NCBI GenBank assembly: GCA_963848295.1
Contig: CAWKDB010000010.1
Coordinates: 3,808,001 to 3,872,000, forward strand
Direction: 5' to 3'
Source of the DNA: an uncultured delta proteobacterium
GTDB lineage: Bacteria > Myxococcota_A > Polyangia > Haliangiales > Haliangiaceae
DNA length: 64,000 bases
The notes under the pieces were generated by a model, which saw only the letters and a list, made by a program, of their open reading frames with translations, was not told where the DNA came from and searched no databases. Within the stretch, counting starts at the first letter, position 1. Every line of letters starts with the position of its first letter. Positions 24,803 to 34,460 of this stretch are shown here, piece after piece. Made by a program: the position numbers and the translations under genes.

Positions 24803-27800
24803 ATGCCTACGATGACGCTCCAACGCTTTACCGTCGCCTTGGTCTTCGTCGCGGTCAGCGCGGCGGTGGCTTCAGCACAGTCGTTCTCGTGCCCGACGAC
24901 CTCATCGGACTCCGACTTCAGCGGCTCGGGTCTGCAGCAGGACTGCAGCAGTTGCTCGAGCTCGCCGTGTACCTGCACGACGAAGAGCGGCGTGAGCTAC
25001 AACGCGACCGGCGGTGCCCTCACGATCCCTGGATCGGCCGGTAACTTCCAAGCACCGCCGAGCGCGGCCGTGCCGCAGAACGTGTTCTTCGCGGCGGCCG
25101 GCGACTTCGATGGCGACGGCTGGGATGACTTCGTGGCCGCGGACGACGGCGACCGGATCTACGTCATGCGCAACCAGACGATGACGTGTGGGACCTCGTC
25201 GTGCAGCGGCTCTACGACCGTTGCACCGACGGTTCAGACCATCGCCGCGACGTGGTGGAACACGCTGTCCAACGTGCGACCGGCGGCATTTCGCGCGACG
25301 ACGAGCACCACGGGCACCGACCAGCCGCTGAAGACGAGCCTTGGCTCGAACTTTTCGACGCCGATGATCGCCGCCGACTTCGATGGCGACGGCTGGCTCG
25401 ACTTCGTCGAGGTCTCCCAGACGTACCGACCGGGCACGCCGGCCTGGGGCACCGCGGCCCGCCTGTACCTCAACACGCAGAACTGCCACCTCACGTCGCA
25501 GGTGACCAACCCGCAACCGTGCGGGATCGGCCACATCTGCACCGGGCAGCCGACGAACGGCGCGTGCACCGGCGGCAGCGTCACGAACGGCACGAAGTGG
25601 ACCGAATCCGAGCTGTCGTGTACGACGACCGCGAAGTGCCCGTACTACATGCCGACGTTCGCGACCTACGACATGCGCACGGGCACGGCCGTGTCGTCGG
25701 CCGGAACGACGTCCGACACCTCGCCGACCACCACGCACCCCGGCGACTTCGGTCCGATGGGCCACGCGGTGCAGAACATCATCGCGCTCGACTGGGACGG
25801 CGATGGAGATATCGACGTCCTGTTCGGCCGCAGCAGCGGCACCTGCCCGGGTAGCCTGTGCACGACCCCGGGTCAGGTGTTCTACGCCGGGATCGACGTG
25901 TGGAAGAACGACTGCGCGCAGTCGCCGCAGTGGAACGCCGCGACCAAGTCGTGCCCCGGGCACATCCCACAGTTCACCCACTCGACCACCGCGTGCACCG
26001 GAACGAGCTGCGCCAACTCGGACGTCCTCATCCCGAGCACCGCGCACAACTCGACGACGATCGCGCCGAGCACGAACCTCGGGTTCGACATCGCTCAGGA
26101 GGAGGCGCCGACGTTCGCGTATTCCGACGTCGATCGCGATGGCAAGCTCGATCTGGTGCTCGGCTCGCCGGGCTGTTGCTCGAACTCGTCGAACGCGGGC
26201 TATCGCCTGCGCATCTACAAGGGCAACGGCGCCGGCACGAACGTCTCGTGCTCGACGCCGCCGTGCTCGTTCAACCATAGCCTCGACACCGCGAACCCGC
26301 TGATCCTCAGTACGAGCAACTCGACCCACCCCGGCTTCGAAGGGAGCTTGACCGCGATCTTCGTCTCGGACTTCAACCTCGACGGATACCCGGACATCAT
26401 CACGGGTTCCGACGGTGTGGCGTATAGCGGGACGATCGGCGGACGAACGCGGTACTGGAAGAACACCGGTAACGCCAGTACGCCGTTCGGCACCAACTGG
26501 CCGACCTGCAGCACGGCCCCAGCTACGTGCGCCGGATGTTCCACCACCTGCAACAACGATCCGACCCAGAAGCTCTCGGAGAGCTGCGGCTCGGGCGGTT
26601 GCTCCGCGAACCTCACGGTCTCGCCTCCTCAGTTCGGCGACTTCGACATCGGGTTCATGCTCGACTACGACCACGATCCGCAGAGCACGAAGGACCTCGT
26701 GCTCACGAACGGCAACACGGCGAACGAGTTCTACATCTTCCCGAACCGCGCCTCGCCGAGCACGATCGCCGCATGCGGCACGGTCGCCTCGGGAACGCTC
26801 GCGACGCCGAGCGCGGAGCTCACGGTGAATGGCGCGTGCATCGCACCGACGGCTACGGTTCCGTCCGGCACCGCGATCAACTACTTCCTCAGCAACGACG
26901 CCGGCACGAGCTGGGCGCTCGCATGTACGCAGCAGGCGACGGGGTTCACGCCGGCGCTGTCCAACGGCAAGTGCTGCGTGACGTTTAGCAACATCACGAA
27001 TCGACAGATCGAGTGGAAGGCCGAGTTCGACTCGAACACCTCCGACGGCATCGGGGCGCCGAGCGGCTGCGGCGCGGTCGGCACCGCATCACCATCGCTG
27101 ACCGGCTTGACCGCCGACTACACGTACACCCAGGCGTCGCAACACTATAAAGCGGGCGTGATCGTCAGCGACGGCATTAGCTATGTCGGCTCGTTCACCC
27201 AGCCGGGCAATCGCGGTCACATGTACGCGATCGCCGAGAACTTCAGCACCCAGTACTACGACGTCGGCGCTCAGCTCGACGCGCAAGGCACCCGCAACGT
27301 CTACACCTCCGACGTCACCGGCCAATCGCCGACCCGCCTGACGTTCTCCGCCAGTTCGCCGCCCGCGGCGTTGGAGGCGAGGGTAGGCGCGTCGAGCCAG
27401 GCGCAGGCATCGACCGTGATCAGCTGGATCCTGAGCGCGCGCTTCGGCGTGAACAGCACCGGCGCCGCGTTGACGAAGCTCGGCGCGATCGTCGATTCGA
27501 CCCCGGCGATCCTACAAGTGCCGTTCAAACCGAACTGGTACGCGTACCTCGATACCGCAGATCGTACGCTCTACGACACCTTCGCGACGGCGCAGGCCCA
27601 GCGCATCCCGCTGCTGTTGTTCGGGTCGATGGATGGCATGATCCACGCGATCTATTCGATCGCGACATCGATCAGCGACGCCCGCAACGGCAGCGAAGCG
27701 TGGGCGTATGTCCCGCCGTACGACGCGTCGCCGATGACGAGTGACTACACGACGTCGTGCACGCCGAGCTGCGCCGCCGGCACGCTGACCGTCTCGTCGT

Positions 27801-28990
27801 ATCCCGACGGTTCGCCCGGCCTCGTCGACTTCCGCAAGGCGAACGGCACGATCGCGACGGCGGGGATCTTCGCCGACGGCGCGGGCGGAACGTCGGTCTC
27901 GGCCCTCGACTTGACTCAGACCGTCACCGCGACGAGCACGACGGCGAACACCGTCCAAGGCCCGACGCCGCTGTGGTCGGCTCAGCCGGGTGGAGCCGCC
28001 GCGGGCAACGCGATCTCGAAGCCCGGCATCGCGCGAGTGCTGCTCGGCTCGACCGAGACGTACGTCGCGATCGCCGGCACCGGAGTCAACAACACCGACA
28101 ACACGAAGGGCAAGATCGTCGGGGGCTACAACCTCGAGACCGGCGCGTTGCTCTGGCAGTTCGAGATGGCGTGCGCGCTGACGAGCGACATCACCGTATT
28201 CGAAACGGACGACAGTGGCGAACCCGGCAATCCTCAGCTCGACGGCTTTGCGGATCGCGCGGTGTTCGCGGACCAGTGCGGCAACGTCTACAAGATCAAC
28301 CCGGGCCAAGATCTCGCAGGTGGCTACATGGATAATACCGGCTACGGCTCGATCTCGATCGGTGTATCGAACGGCAAGACCCGCTACGCCCTGTTCTCGA
28401 CGACGTCGACCGCGGGGGCGATCGGCGGGCAACGCCCGATCGCGAACACGATCGGCGCGCGCACCGATTCGACCCTCAACGTCGTGCTGTTCTTCGGCAC
28501 CGGTGGGATCGAGACCTTCAACCCGGCGCTGCAGAACGAGTTCTACGCGGTGTACGCGAAGAACGGCACGATCCGCAACAAGGTCACCGGCACGTGCAGC
28601 GGCGGCGAGTGTCAGAAGTTCTACGGCGGCGTGGTGGTCACGCCGACGAACATCTACATGGTGACGAGCTCGGATCCGGTGATCTCGTCTAGTACGTGCA
28701 ACCTCGGCTCGAGCTCGTTGAACGCGCTCGATCTCAACACGTTGTCGAGCTCGTTCAGCGTCTCGTCGATCAACGGTAACGCGATCTCCGCGTCTGCGGG
28801 TCCGCTGTATGGCGCCGACGGCGCGCTGTACTTCGCGACGGTCGCCGGCAACGTCGAGCGCGTCGGCACACCGACCGCGGCGACCGCAGGTGCGGCGAGC
28901 GCGGCTGGCACGCTCAACGGAATGGGCACCGGGACGCTCACCGACGCGAACGGGCCGTTCACGCTGGTCGGGTGGCGAGTCGTCCTATGA
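24803..28990 (+). CDS. pilY1: PilY1-like pilus tip adhesin with N-terminal FG-GAP repeats
   Basis: C-terminal PilY1 motifs (KLGAIVDSTP, FGSMDGMIHA, GSEAWAYVP, DGFADRAVFADQCGNVYK); about six DxDxDG-type repeats at the N-terminus. Confidence 0.8.
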   Translation: MPTMTLQRFTVALVFVAVSAAVASAQSFSCPTTSSDSDFSGSGLQQDCSSCSSSPCTCTTKSGVSYNATGGALTIPGSAGNFQAPPSAAVPQNVFFAAAGDFDGDGWDDFVAADDGDRIYVMRNQTMTCGTSSCSGSTTVAPTVQTIAATWWNTLSNVRPAAFRATTSTTGTDQPLKTSLGSNFSTPMIAADFDGDGWLDFVEVSQTYRPGTPAWGTAARLYLNTQNCHLTSQVTNPQPCGIGHICTGQPTNGACTGGSVTNGTKWTESELSCTTTAKCPYYMPTFATYDMRTGTAVSSAGTTSDTSPTTTHPGDFGPMGHAVQNIIALDWDGDGDIDVLFGRSSGTCPGSLCTTPGQVFYAGIDVWKNDCAQSPQWNAATKSCPGHIPQFTHSTTACTGTSCANSDVLIPSTAHNSTTIAPSTNLGFDIAQEEAPTFAYSDVDRDGKLDLVLGSPGCCSNSSNAGYRLRIYKGNGAGTNVSCSTPPCSFNHSLDTANPLILSTSNSTHPGFEGSLTAIFVSDFNLDGYPDIITGSDGVAYSGTIGGRTRYWKNTGNASTPFGTNWPTCSTAPATCAGCSTTCNNDPTQKLSESCGSGGCSANLTVSPPQFGDFDIGFMLDYDHDPQSTKDLVLTNGNTANEFYIFPNRASPSTIAACGTVASGTLATPSAELTVNGACIAPTATVPSGTAINYFLSNDAGTSWALACTQQATGFTPALSNGKCCVTFSNITNRQIEWKAEFDSNTSDGIGAPSGCGAVGTASPSLTGLTADYTYTQASQHYKAGVIVSDGISYVGSFTQPGNRGHMYAIAENFSTQYYDVGAQLDAQGTRNVYTSDVTGQSPTRLTFSASSPPAALEARVGASSQAQASTVISWILSARFGVNSTGAALTKLGAIVDSTPAILQVPFKPNWYAYLDTADRTLYDTFATAQAQRIPLLLFGSMDGMIHAIYSIATSISDARNGSEAWAYVPPYDASPMTSDYTTSCTPSCAAGTLTVSSYPDGSPGLVDFRKANGTIATAGIFADGAGGTSVSALDLTQTVTATSTTANTVQGPTPLWSAQPGGAAAGNAISKPGIARVLLGSTETYVAIAGTGVNNTDNTKGKIVGGYNLETGALLWQFEMACALTSDITVFETDDSGEPGNPQLDGFADRAVFADQCGNVYKINPGQDLAGGYMDNTGYGSISIGVSNGKTRYALFSTTSTAGAIGGQRPIANTIGARTDSTLNVVLFFGTGGIETFNPALQNEFYAVYAKNGTIRNKVTGTCSGGECQKFYGGVVVTPTNIYMVTSSDPVISSSTCNLGSSSLNALDLNTLSSSFSVSSINGNAISASAGPLYGADGALYFATVAGNVERVGTPTAATAGAASAAGTLNGMGTGTLTDANGPFTLVGWRVVL

Positions 28991-29415
28991 ACAAGCGCCG
29001 CGGGTTCACGCTGCTCGAGCTGATGATCACGATCGTCGTGACGTTGTTCTCGCTCATGGGTTTGCTAGGGCTGCACCTCACGCTGGCGCGAGGGAATGAT
29101 TCGGCGAGCCGATCGGCCGAAGCGATCGCGGTCGGTCAGCGCGAGATGGAGTCGCTGCGCAAGGAGCGCTCGACCGACATGATGAACACGCTGACCGGCA
29201 GCCCGACGTCGGTCCCGCCGGTGACCAAGACGAACTTCTTCACCGCGCTCGGTCGCAACGGCGTGTCGTACCAGGTCGATGTCGATGTCACGCTGGTGGG
29301 GACGAGCGGCAACCTGTGGTTGATTCGCGTGGTCGTGTCGTGGACCGACGACGGCTCGGCGCTCGTCCACACGGTTCCGGTAGAGCTCATCCGCACCGTG
29401 CAGGAAATTCTGTGA
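28987..29415 (+). CDS. pilV: PilV-like minor pilin
   Basis: RRG|FTLLELMI class III signal. Confidence 0.8.
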   Translation: MNKRRGFTLLELMITIVVTLFSLMGLLGLHLTLARGNDSASRSAEAIAVGQREMESLRKERSTDMMNTLTGSPTSVPPVTKTNFFTALGRNGVSYQVDVDVTLVGTSGNLWLIRVVVSWTDDGSALVHTVPVELIRTVQEIL

Positions 29416-30578
29416 CGCCCCCGTTTACGCGGCCCCGTCGCGGTTTCACGCTGATCGAGCTGATGATCTCCCTCGTGATCAGCACGCTGTTCGTGATCAT
29501 GATCCTGTCGATCTTCAGCCGGATGTCGTTCGCGTACCGCGAGCAACAACAGATCGTGCAGGTCCAGCAACAGCTCACGTCGGCGCGAGCGTTGATGGAG
29601 CGCGACGCGAAGCAAGCCGGCTTCGCGATGTCGCAGGGGTTCAAGATCTCGTACGACGGCCAGACCGGAACCGGGTTGATGCACTCTCCGGTGCGCGTCG
29701 TGAACAGCTCGACCGCTCCCGACCAGATCGGTTTCTACTATGCGGACGGCTCGACCCAAGCGCTCGTGACGAGCGCCAATGGTCCCGCGACGACGATCAC
29801 CGTCGACAGCGCGATCGGATTCGCGGCGGGCGATCTCGTCGTGTTGTCGACCGCGAGCTGGAACCCGTTGATTCCGGTTCGCGTCAACACCGCAACCGAC
29901 CCCACGATCACCTCGTTCGATGCGTGCGTCGTCCAGATCCAGACGGTCGCCGCGACGACGGTCACGTTCTACCAGACCGGCGCATGGGGCAACGCGGGCA
30001 ACACGCACTGCACCGCGACGAGCCTGAATACGACGATGATGTACGAGTTTGTCGGTCACTACTGGCGGATCGACACCGCGCCGGCCGCACCTGACACCAC
30101 GACGAGCGGCCTGCTCGAGCTATCGATCGCCTCGGGTGCGACGTCGACCGCGAACCTCAACCCCGGCCTCAATATCTGGAACAAGGAAGGCTACGACTTC
30201 ACCGACATCCAGGTCGCGACCGAGTTCTGGGACAACGACGCGATCGACGAGGATGGCATCTTGCCCGTCGATGCGACCCGCGATTGGTACTCGTCGACGC
30301 AGCAGGACATCTGGACCCAGCCGATCCTCAACACCCTGTCGTTCATTCCACCGATCGCGGTCGCGATCAGCATCGTCGCGCGCACCGACAAGGACGTCGA
30401 AGGCATCTCGACCTCGAACAGCCCGAACCTCAAGGGCGCGATCCTCATCAACAACAACACCGGCGATCGCGCATCGTTCACGCTGCCGAGCGCGACGGAC
30501 CCGCTGTACCAAGGCAAGCGGATCTACCGCTACATCACGTTCGGCGTCGACCTCCGCGATCTCGGAGTCGGGCGATGA
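29412..30578 (+). CDS. pilW: PilW-like minor pilin
   Basis: RRG|FTLIELMISL, MERDAKQAGF. Confidence 0.8.
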   Translation: MTPPFTRPRRGFTLIELMISLVISTLFVIMILSIFSRMSFAYREQQQIVQVQQQLTSARALMERDAKQAGFAMSQGFKISYDGQTGTGLMHSPVRVVNSSTAPDQIGFYYADGSTQALVTSANGPATTITVDSAIGFAAGDLVVLSTASWNPLIPVRVNTATDPTITSFDACVVQIQTVAATTVTFYQTGAWGNAGNTHCTATSLNTTMMYEFVGHYWRIDTAPAAPDTTTSGLLELSIASGATSTANLNPGLNIWNKEGYDFTDIQVATEFWDNDAIDEDGILPVDATRDWYSSTQQDIWTQPILNTLSFIPPIAVAISIVARTDKDVEGISTSNSPNLKGAILINNNTGDRASFTLPSATDPLYQGKRIYRYITFGVDLRDLGVGR

Positions 30579-31162
30579 AGCGCCGCGGGTTCACGCTCGT
30601 CGAGCTCATGATCGTGGTCGGCATCATCGCCGTGCTCGTGACGATGGCGCTGATCGCGATGTATCCGCGCAAGCGCGCGGTCGACGTGGCGTACCAGCTC
30701 GCCGATCTGATCCACGAGGCGAGCCGCGAGGCGATCACCTACGGCCCGGTCCGGGCGGATGTCGTGACCGCGCCGGGATCGCTGGGCAAGGCGAGGACCT
30801 GCATCATCGGCGCGGGCGGGGCGAACACGTCGCCGACGTTCACGCTCGAGCTGATCATCGAAGGTACGACGAGCGGCTCGTTCACGTTGACGTCGACCGC
30901 CGCGGCCGGCGCGCAACAGCTCGTCGTCGACTCGAACGTCGTCGGCGCATATTATTCGCCGCAGATCGGCCCGCTCGCGTCGGTCGCGCCGCAGAACACG
31001 AACTGGGACAACTTCAAGGTGTGCTGCTACGACGACGGCACATGCGATCCACAGTCGGTGTTCTTCCAAGCGAACCATGGCGCGAGCTACGAGCTCACGG
31101 CGCGGGTGTCGGTGCTGCCGCTCGGCGCGGCAACTCAGGTCAAGGCGAACTGGTTACAGTAA
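30575..31162 (+). CDS. fimU: FimU/FimT-like minor pilin
   Basis: RRG|FTLVELMIVVGII, ASREAI. Confidence 0.75.
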   Translation: MKRRGFTLVELMIVVGIIAVLVTMALIAMYPRKRAVDVAYQLADLIHEASREAITYGPVRADVVTAPGSLGKARTCIIGAGGANTSPTFTLELIIEGTTSGSFTLTSTAAAGAQQLVVDSNVVGAYYSPQIGPLASVAPQNTNWDNFKVCCYDDGTCDPQSVFFQANHGASYELTARVSVLPLGAATQVKANWLQ

Positions 31163-32126
31163 GCGTCCCGACGTCCTCGAACAGCTGCTCTTCCATGTTC
31201 CGAGTCTTCGCGGTCAGCCGCAGGTGGATCAGCGAGTCGACCGACAGCTGCCCACCGATCGGCAGCGGGCGATGCGGATCGATCTCGAGCGTGCCTTGGT
31301 AGTGGCGGACCAACGCGACGAGATCGGCGGTCACGTCTTTGGGCAGGCCCGGATCGGTGACCGTCTGTTCCGGCGCGATCCGTCGCATCTCGACCTCGAT
31401 CGTCCACTGCGTCGCGGTCCGCGCCTTGAGCGTGTAAGTCGCGATTTGCTTCACGACCGCCGGGCGCTGGCGCATGATCGTGACGACTCGCCACTGTGCG
31501 CCGATCGCGATCGGCTCCTCGGGCACCGGCACGATCGTCCCGAGCAGGCGCTCGACCGCCTCGGCTTTCGAGTCGGCGCTGTGCGAGTTATTCAGATCGT
31601 CGGCGAACGCGAGCGTGCCGAGCTGGTCACGCGGATCGAGCGCGACCAGGAATCGGCGGTTGTCGAGCAGCGCATGCCAGCTCGCGATGTACGCATCGGC
31701 CTCGGGTGTCGTCTTGCCCGACACGACGGTGCGCGGCAGGCCGAGAAACGCGATCGGCGTCTTCGGATCGCCGGCGACGTTGACCTTGAAGCCGTCGCGC
31801 ATCGCCGGTAACTCGACGCGCGGCGACCACTTGTTAGCGGTCTGGCGCCGCGATGTGAGCTTCGTGACGACGAAATACGACGCCGAACCGGCCTTGAGGT
31901 CATAACGCAGCAGCGATCGCTCGCCCTTGCCCGGGTCGAGCAAGGTGAACGAGTCGAGCTTCGGCAGCTCGACGACGGGCTCGGGGAGGTGAACGACCTG
32001 GAGGTCGACGCTGCGCGGGCCACCGTCCGAGTCGGCGCCGGCATCGCGGTGCGGCGGAGGCGGCCGCTTCGGTAAGTCCGACGACCCGCAGGCGACGAGG
32101 CCCAGGACGACAAGCGCGCAGCGCAT
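31140..32126 (-). CDS. Hypothetical lipoprotein
   Basis: MRCALVVLGLVAC lipobox; LLDPGKGERSLLRY; VPVPEEPIAIGAQW. Confidence 0.7.
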   Translation of the reverse strand: MRCALVVLGLVACGSSDLPKRPPPPHRDAGADSDGGPRSVDLQVVHLPEPVVELPKLDSFTLLDPGKGERSLLRYDLKAGSASYFVVTKLTSRRQTANKWSPRVELPAMRDGFKVNVAGDPKTPIAFLGLPRTVVSGKTTPEADAYIASWHALLDNRRFLVALDPRDQLGTLAFADDLNNSHSADSKAEAVERLLGTIVPVPEEPIAIGAQWRVVTIMRQRPAVVKQIATYTLKARTATQWTIEVEMRRIAPEQTVTDPGLPKDVTADLVALVRHYQGTLEIDPHRPLPIGGQLSVDSLIHLRLTAKTRNMEEQLFEDVGTLTVTSSP

Positions 32127-32198
32127 CGCGCAGATCATCGCACAACGGCCCACTCCATGTAGAACGCTGCGCGCGAGTCGGCGTGGTACCCTGGAGTT

Positions 32199-32744
32199 AT
32201 GGTTCGAAAGCGGCGCGTCGACAGCGGCTTCACGGTGGTCGAGCTCATGATCGTCGTCGCGATCATCGCGATCCTCGCCGCGGTCGCGTTGCCGTCGTTC
32301 TTCGGCGAGTCGAAGAAGGCCAAGGCGCGCAGCGAGGTCAGCGCGATGTTCGGCGAGTTCGGCGTGCGCGAAGAGCAGTACAAGCTCGAGAACGGCGCGT
32401 ACCTCGCGGCGGCGGCGTGTCCGGCAACGCCGGCCCAGCTCGGCCAAGACGCGTCGCCGTGCATCGCGGCCGGCCAGCCGTGGGCGAACCTCAAGGTCCA
32501 GATCGATTACAGCCTGGGCAACTCGTCCGGCAATCAGCAGAACTTTCTCGGCTGCTCGTACACGATCGTCACCGGCACGGGCACCGGCACGAACAGTCCG
32601 AACGGCTTCACGTTCACGTCGCCACCGGGCGCGTGGTTTTACATCCTCGCGACCTGCGACACCGACGGTAGCTCGACGCTCAACAGCACGTACTTCACGA
32701 GCAGTACGATGTCCGCGGTCCAAGCGAAGAACGAAGGCTATTAG
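32199..32744 (+). CDS. Type IV pilin (PilA/PilE-like)
   Basis: SG|FTVVELMIVVAIIAILAAVALP, KARSE, CDTDG. Confidence 0.88.
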   Translation: MVRKRRVDSGFTVVELMIVVAIIAILAAVALPSFFGESKKAKARSEVSAMFGEFGVREEQYKLENGAYLAAAACPATPAQLGQDASPCIAAGQPWANLKVQIDYSLGNSSGNQQNFLGCSYTIVTGTGTGTNSPNGFTFTSPPGAWFYILATCDTDGSSTLNSTYFTSSTMSAVQAKNEGY

Positions 32745-32788
32745 TCCGGGGCGTTGCGCCGCGCGCCAGTTCGCGGTCAGATGGGGGC

Positions 32789-33376
32789 GTGAAACGGCTC
32801 ATCTGCCTCGCGTTCGCCGCGCTCGCCGCGTGCGGCCCTGCGGTCATCAACTACGATTACGAGAAGGAGCCGGACCCGCGAAATCACGAGCTCGTGCTCG
32901 GGGTCGGTGACGTCGTCGGCATCAACGTCTGGGAGAACCCTCAGCTCAACACCGAGGCGACGATTCGTCCCGACGGCACGATCACGATGCCACTGGTCGG
33001 CGATCTCAAGGCCGGCGGCGAGACTCCGACCGCGCTCAAGAATCAGATCAAGGTACGGCTCGCCGATTTCATCAAGCTCAACGGCACCGAGATCACGGTG
33101 GCGGTCCGCGCGTGGCGGAGCTACCGCTTCACGGTTCAAGGCGAGGTCACGAAGTCGGGAGTCTACTCGTCGGACGAGTACGTCACGGTCTCGGAAGCGC
33201 TCGCGATGGCCGGCGGGCTGACCCGGTTCGCGCGCCGCGACGAGATCATGGTGCTGCGCCACGACGCGCACGGCAACGAGCACGAGATTCCACTCGACTA
33301 CGACGCGCTCGCGTCCGGCAAGCGCCGCGAGATGAACATCTACGTCATGCCGGGCGATCGGATTTACGTCCCTTAG
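32789..33376 (+). CDS. Polysaccharide export lipoprotein (Wza/OPX, Poly_export + SLBB)
   Basis: LGVGDVVGINVW, IRPDGTITMPLVG, ALAMAGGLT, PGDRIYVP. Confidence 0.9.
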   Translation: MKRLICLAFAALAACGPAVINYDYEKEPDPRNHELVLGVGDVVGINVWENPQLNTEATIRPDGTITMPLVGDLKAGGETPTALKNQIKVRLADFIKLNGTEITVAVRAWRSYRFTVQGEVTKSGVYSSDEYVTVSEALAMAGGLTRFARRDEIMVLRHDAHGNEHEIPLDYDALASGKRREMNIYVMPGDRIYVP

Positions 33377-33389
33377 GGTGCGGCGATCG

Positions 33390-34460
33390 CTAGGGCGCCG
33401 GGACCCAGACCGCCGCGCCGTCGACCACTTTCACGATCAGGGTGGGCGCGGTGGTGAACGCGCCCTCGAGCTTGGCGCGGTACAGCGACTGCGGGCCCGA
33501 CGGTAACGGAACCGCCACGTCGGGCGGGGCGTCCTCGCCTTCGCCGTCCTCGTTCGCGGCCGGCGGGGCGGCGCGTCTCTTCGCGGAGGCTTGGCGTTTG
33601 CTGCCGTCGCGGTTGCCTAGCAGGAGTGCCCACTTGCCGTCGGGGGCGATCGAGACCGCGGTGTAGCCCTTCCAGCACTTGTACTCGCCGCCGGACGCGT
33701 GGATGTCACACGCGCTCGCGTGATCCTGGAGCAGCACCCATTGGCTGTCGTGCGACCACTGGACCGGGACGCCGGCCTGGACCGACTTGCGGCGCGCACC
33801 TTGACCGTCGAGCTGGAAGCTCATCAGCACGTCGGCGGGCTTCGTGTGGTGCGTGTCGGTGAACACCGAGTCGGCATAGACCCCGAGAGCGCGCGCGCCG
33901 TCGGGACTCGGCGTGAAGCCGCGCAACGGCGCCTCGGGCGCGACCTTGATCTTCTTGCTCAGATCGCCTGGCGGTGCGAGCCACACGCCGTTCGTGTCGG
34001 CCCAGACCAGCCGGCGCTCGCCCGCCGCCCCGGTGATGCGCGCGCCTTGATCGGGGATCGGCAGCGCGAAGGTCTTGCCACTCGCCAGGTTGACGATCGT
34101 CGACGTCTTGTCGCCGGCGCGGCACAGCACGCAGGTGCCGTCGTTCGCGAGCCCGGCCGGGCCATCGCCGCATGGGAGATCGGTGAGCTGCTTCGTCGAG
34201 CCGTCGAGCGGCATCCACGCCCACTTGCCGTCGAGATCGACGAGCAACACGCGGCCGGCCACATCGGTGCGCAGCTCCCGCACGGTCGCCTTCGCGGGCA
34301 AGGTCGCGATCTCGGTCTCGAGCTTGCCGCGCGGATCGACCCGATACAGCGAGCCGCCGCGTGCGAACACGACGCTGGCTCCGGCGAATTCGTCGTCGGC
34401 GGACGCGGTGCTCGCGATCGCTAGCCCGATGGCGACCGCGAACCCCAGCGAGCGCATCAT
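33390..34460 (-). CDS. Secreted hypothetical protein (TolB/WD40-like repeats)
   Basis: Signal peptide; SPDGA, WSHDSQW, APDGKW. Confidence 0.65.
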   Translation of the reverse strand: MMRSLGFAVAIGLAIASTASADDEFAGASVVFARGGSLYRVDPRGKLETEIATLPAKATVRELRTDVAGRVLLVDLDGKWAWMPLDGSTKQLTDLPCGDGPAGLANDGTCVLCRAGDKTSTIVNLASGKTFALPIPDQGARITGAAGERRLVWADTNGVWLAPPGDLSKKIKVAPEAPLRGFTPSPDGARALGVYADSVFTDTHHTKPADVLMSFQLDGQGARRKSVQAGVPVQWSHDSQWVLLQDHASACDIHASGGEYKCWKGYTAVSIAPDGKWALLLGNRDGSKRQASAKRRAAPPAANEDGEGEDAPPDVAVPLPSGPQSLYRAKLEGAFTTAPTLIVKVVDGAAVWVPAP

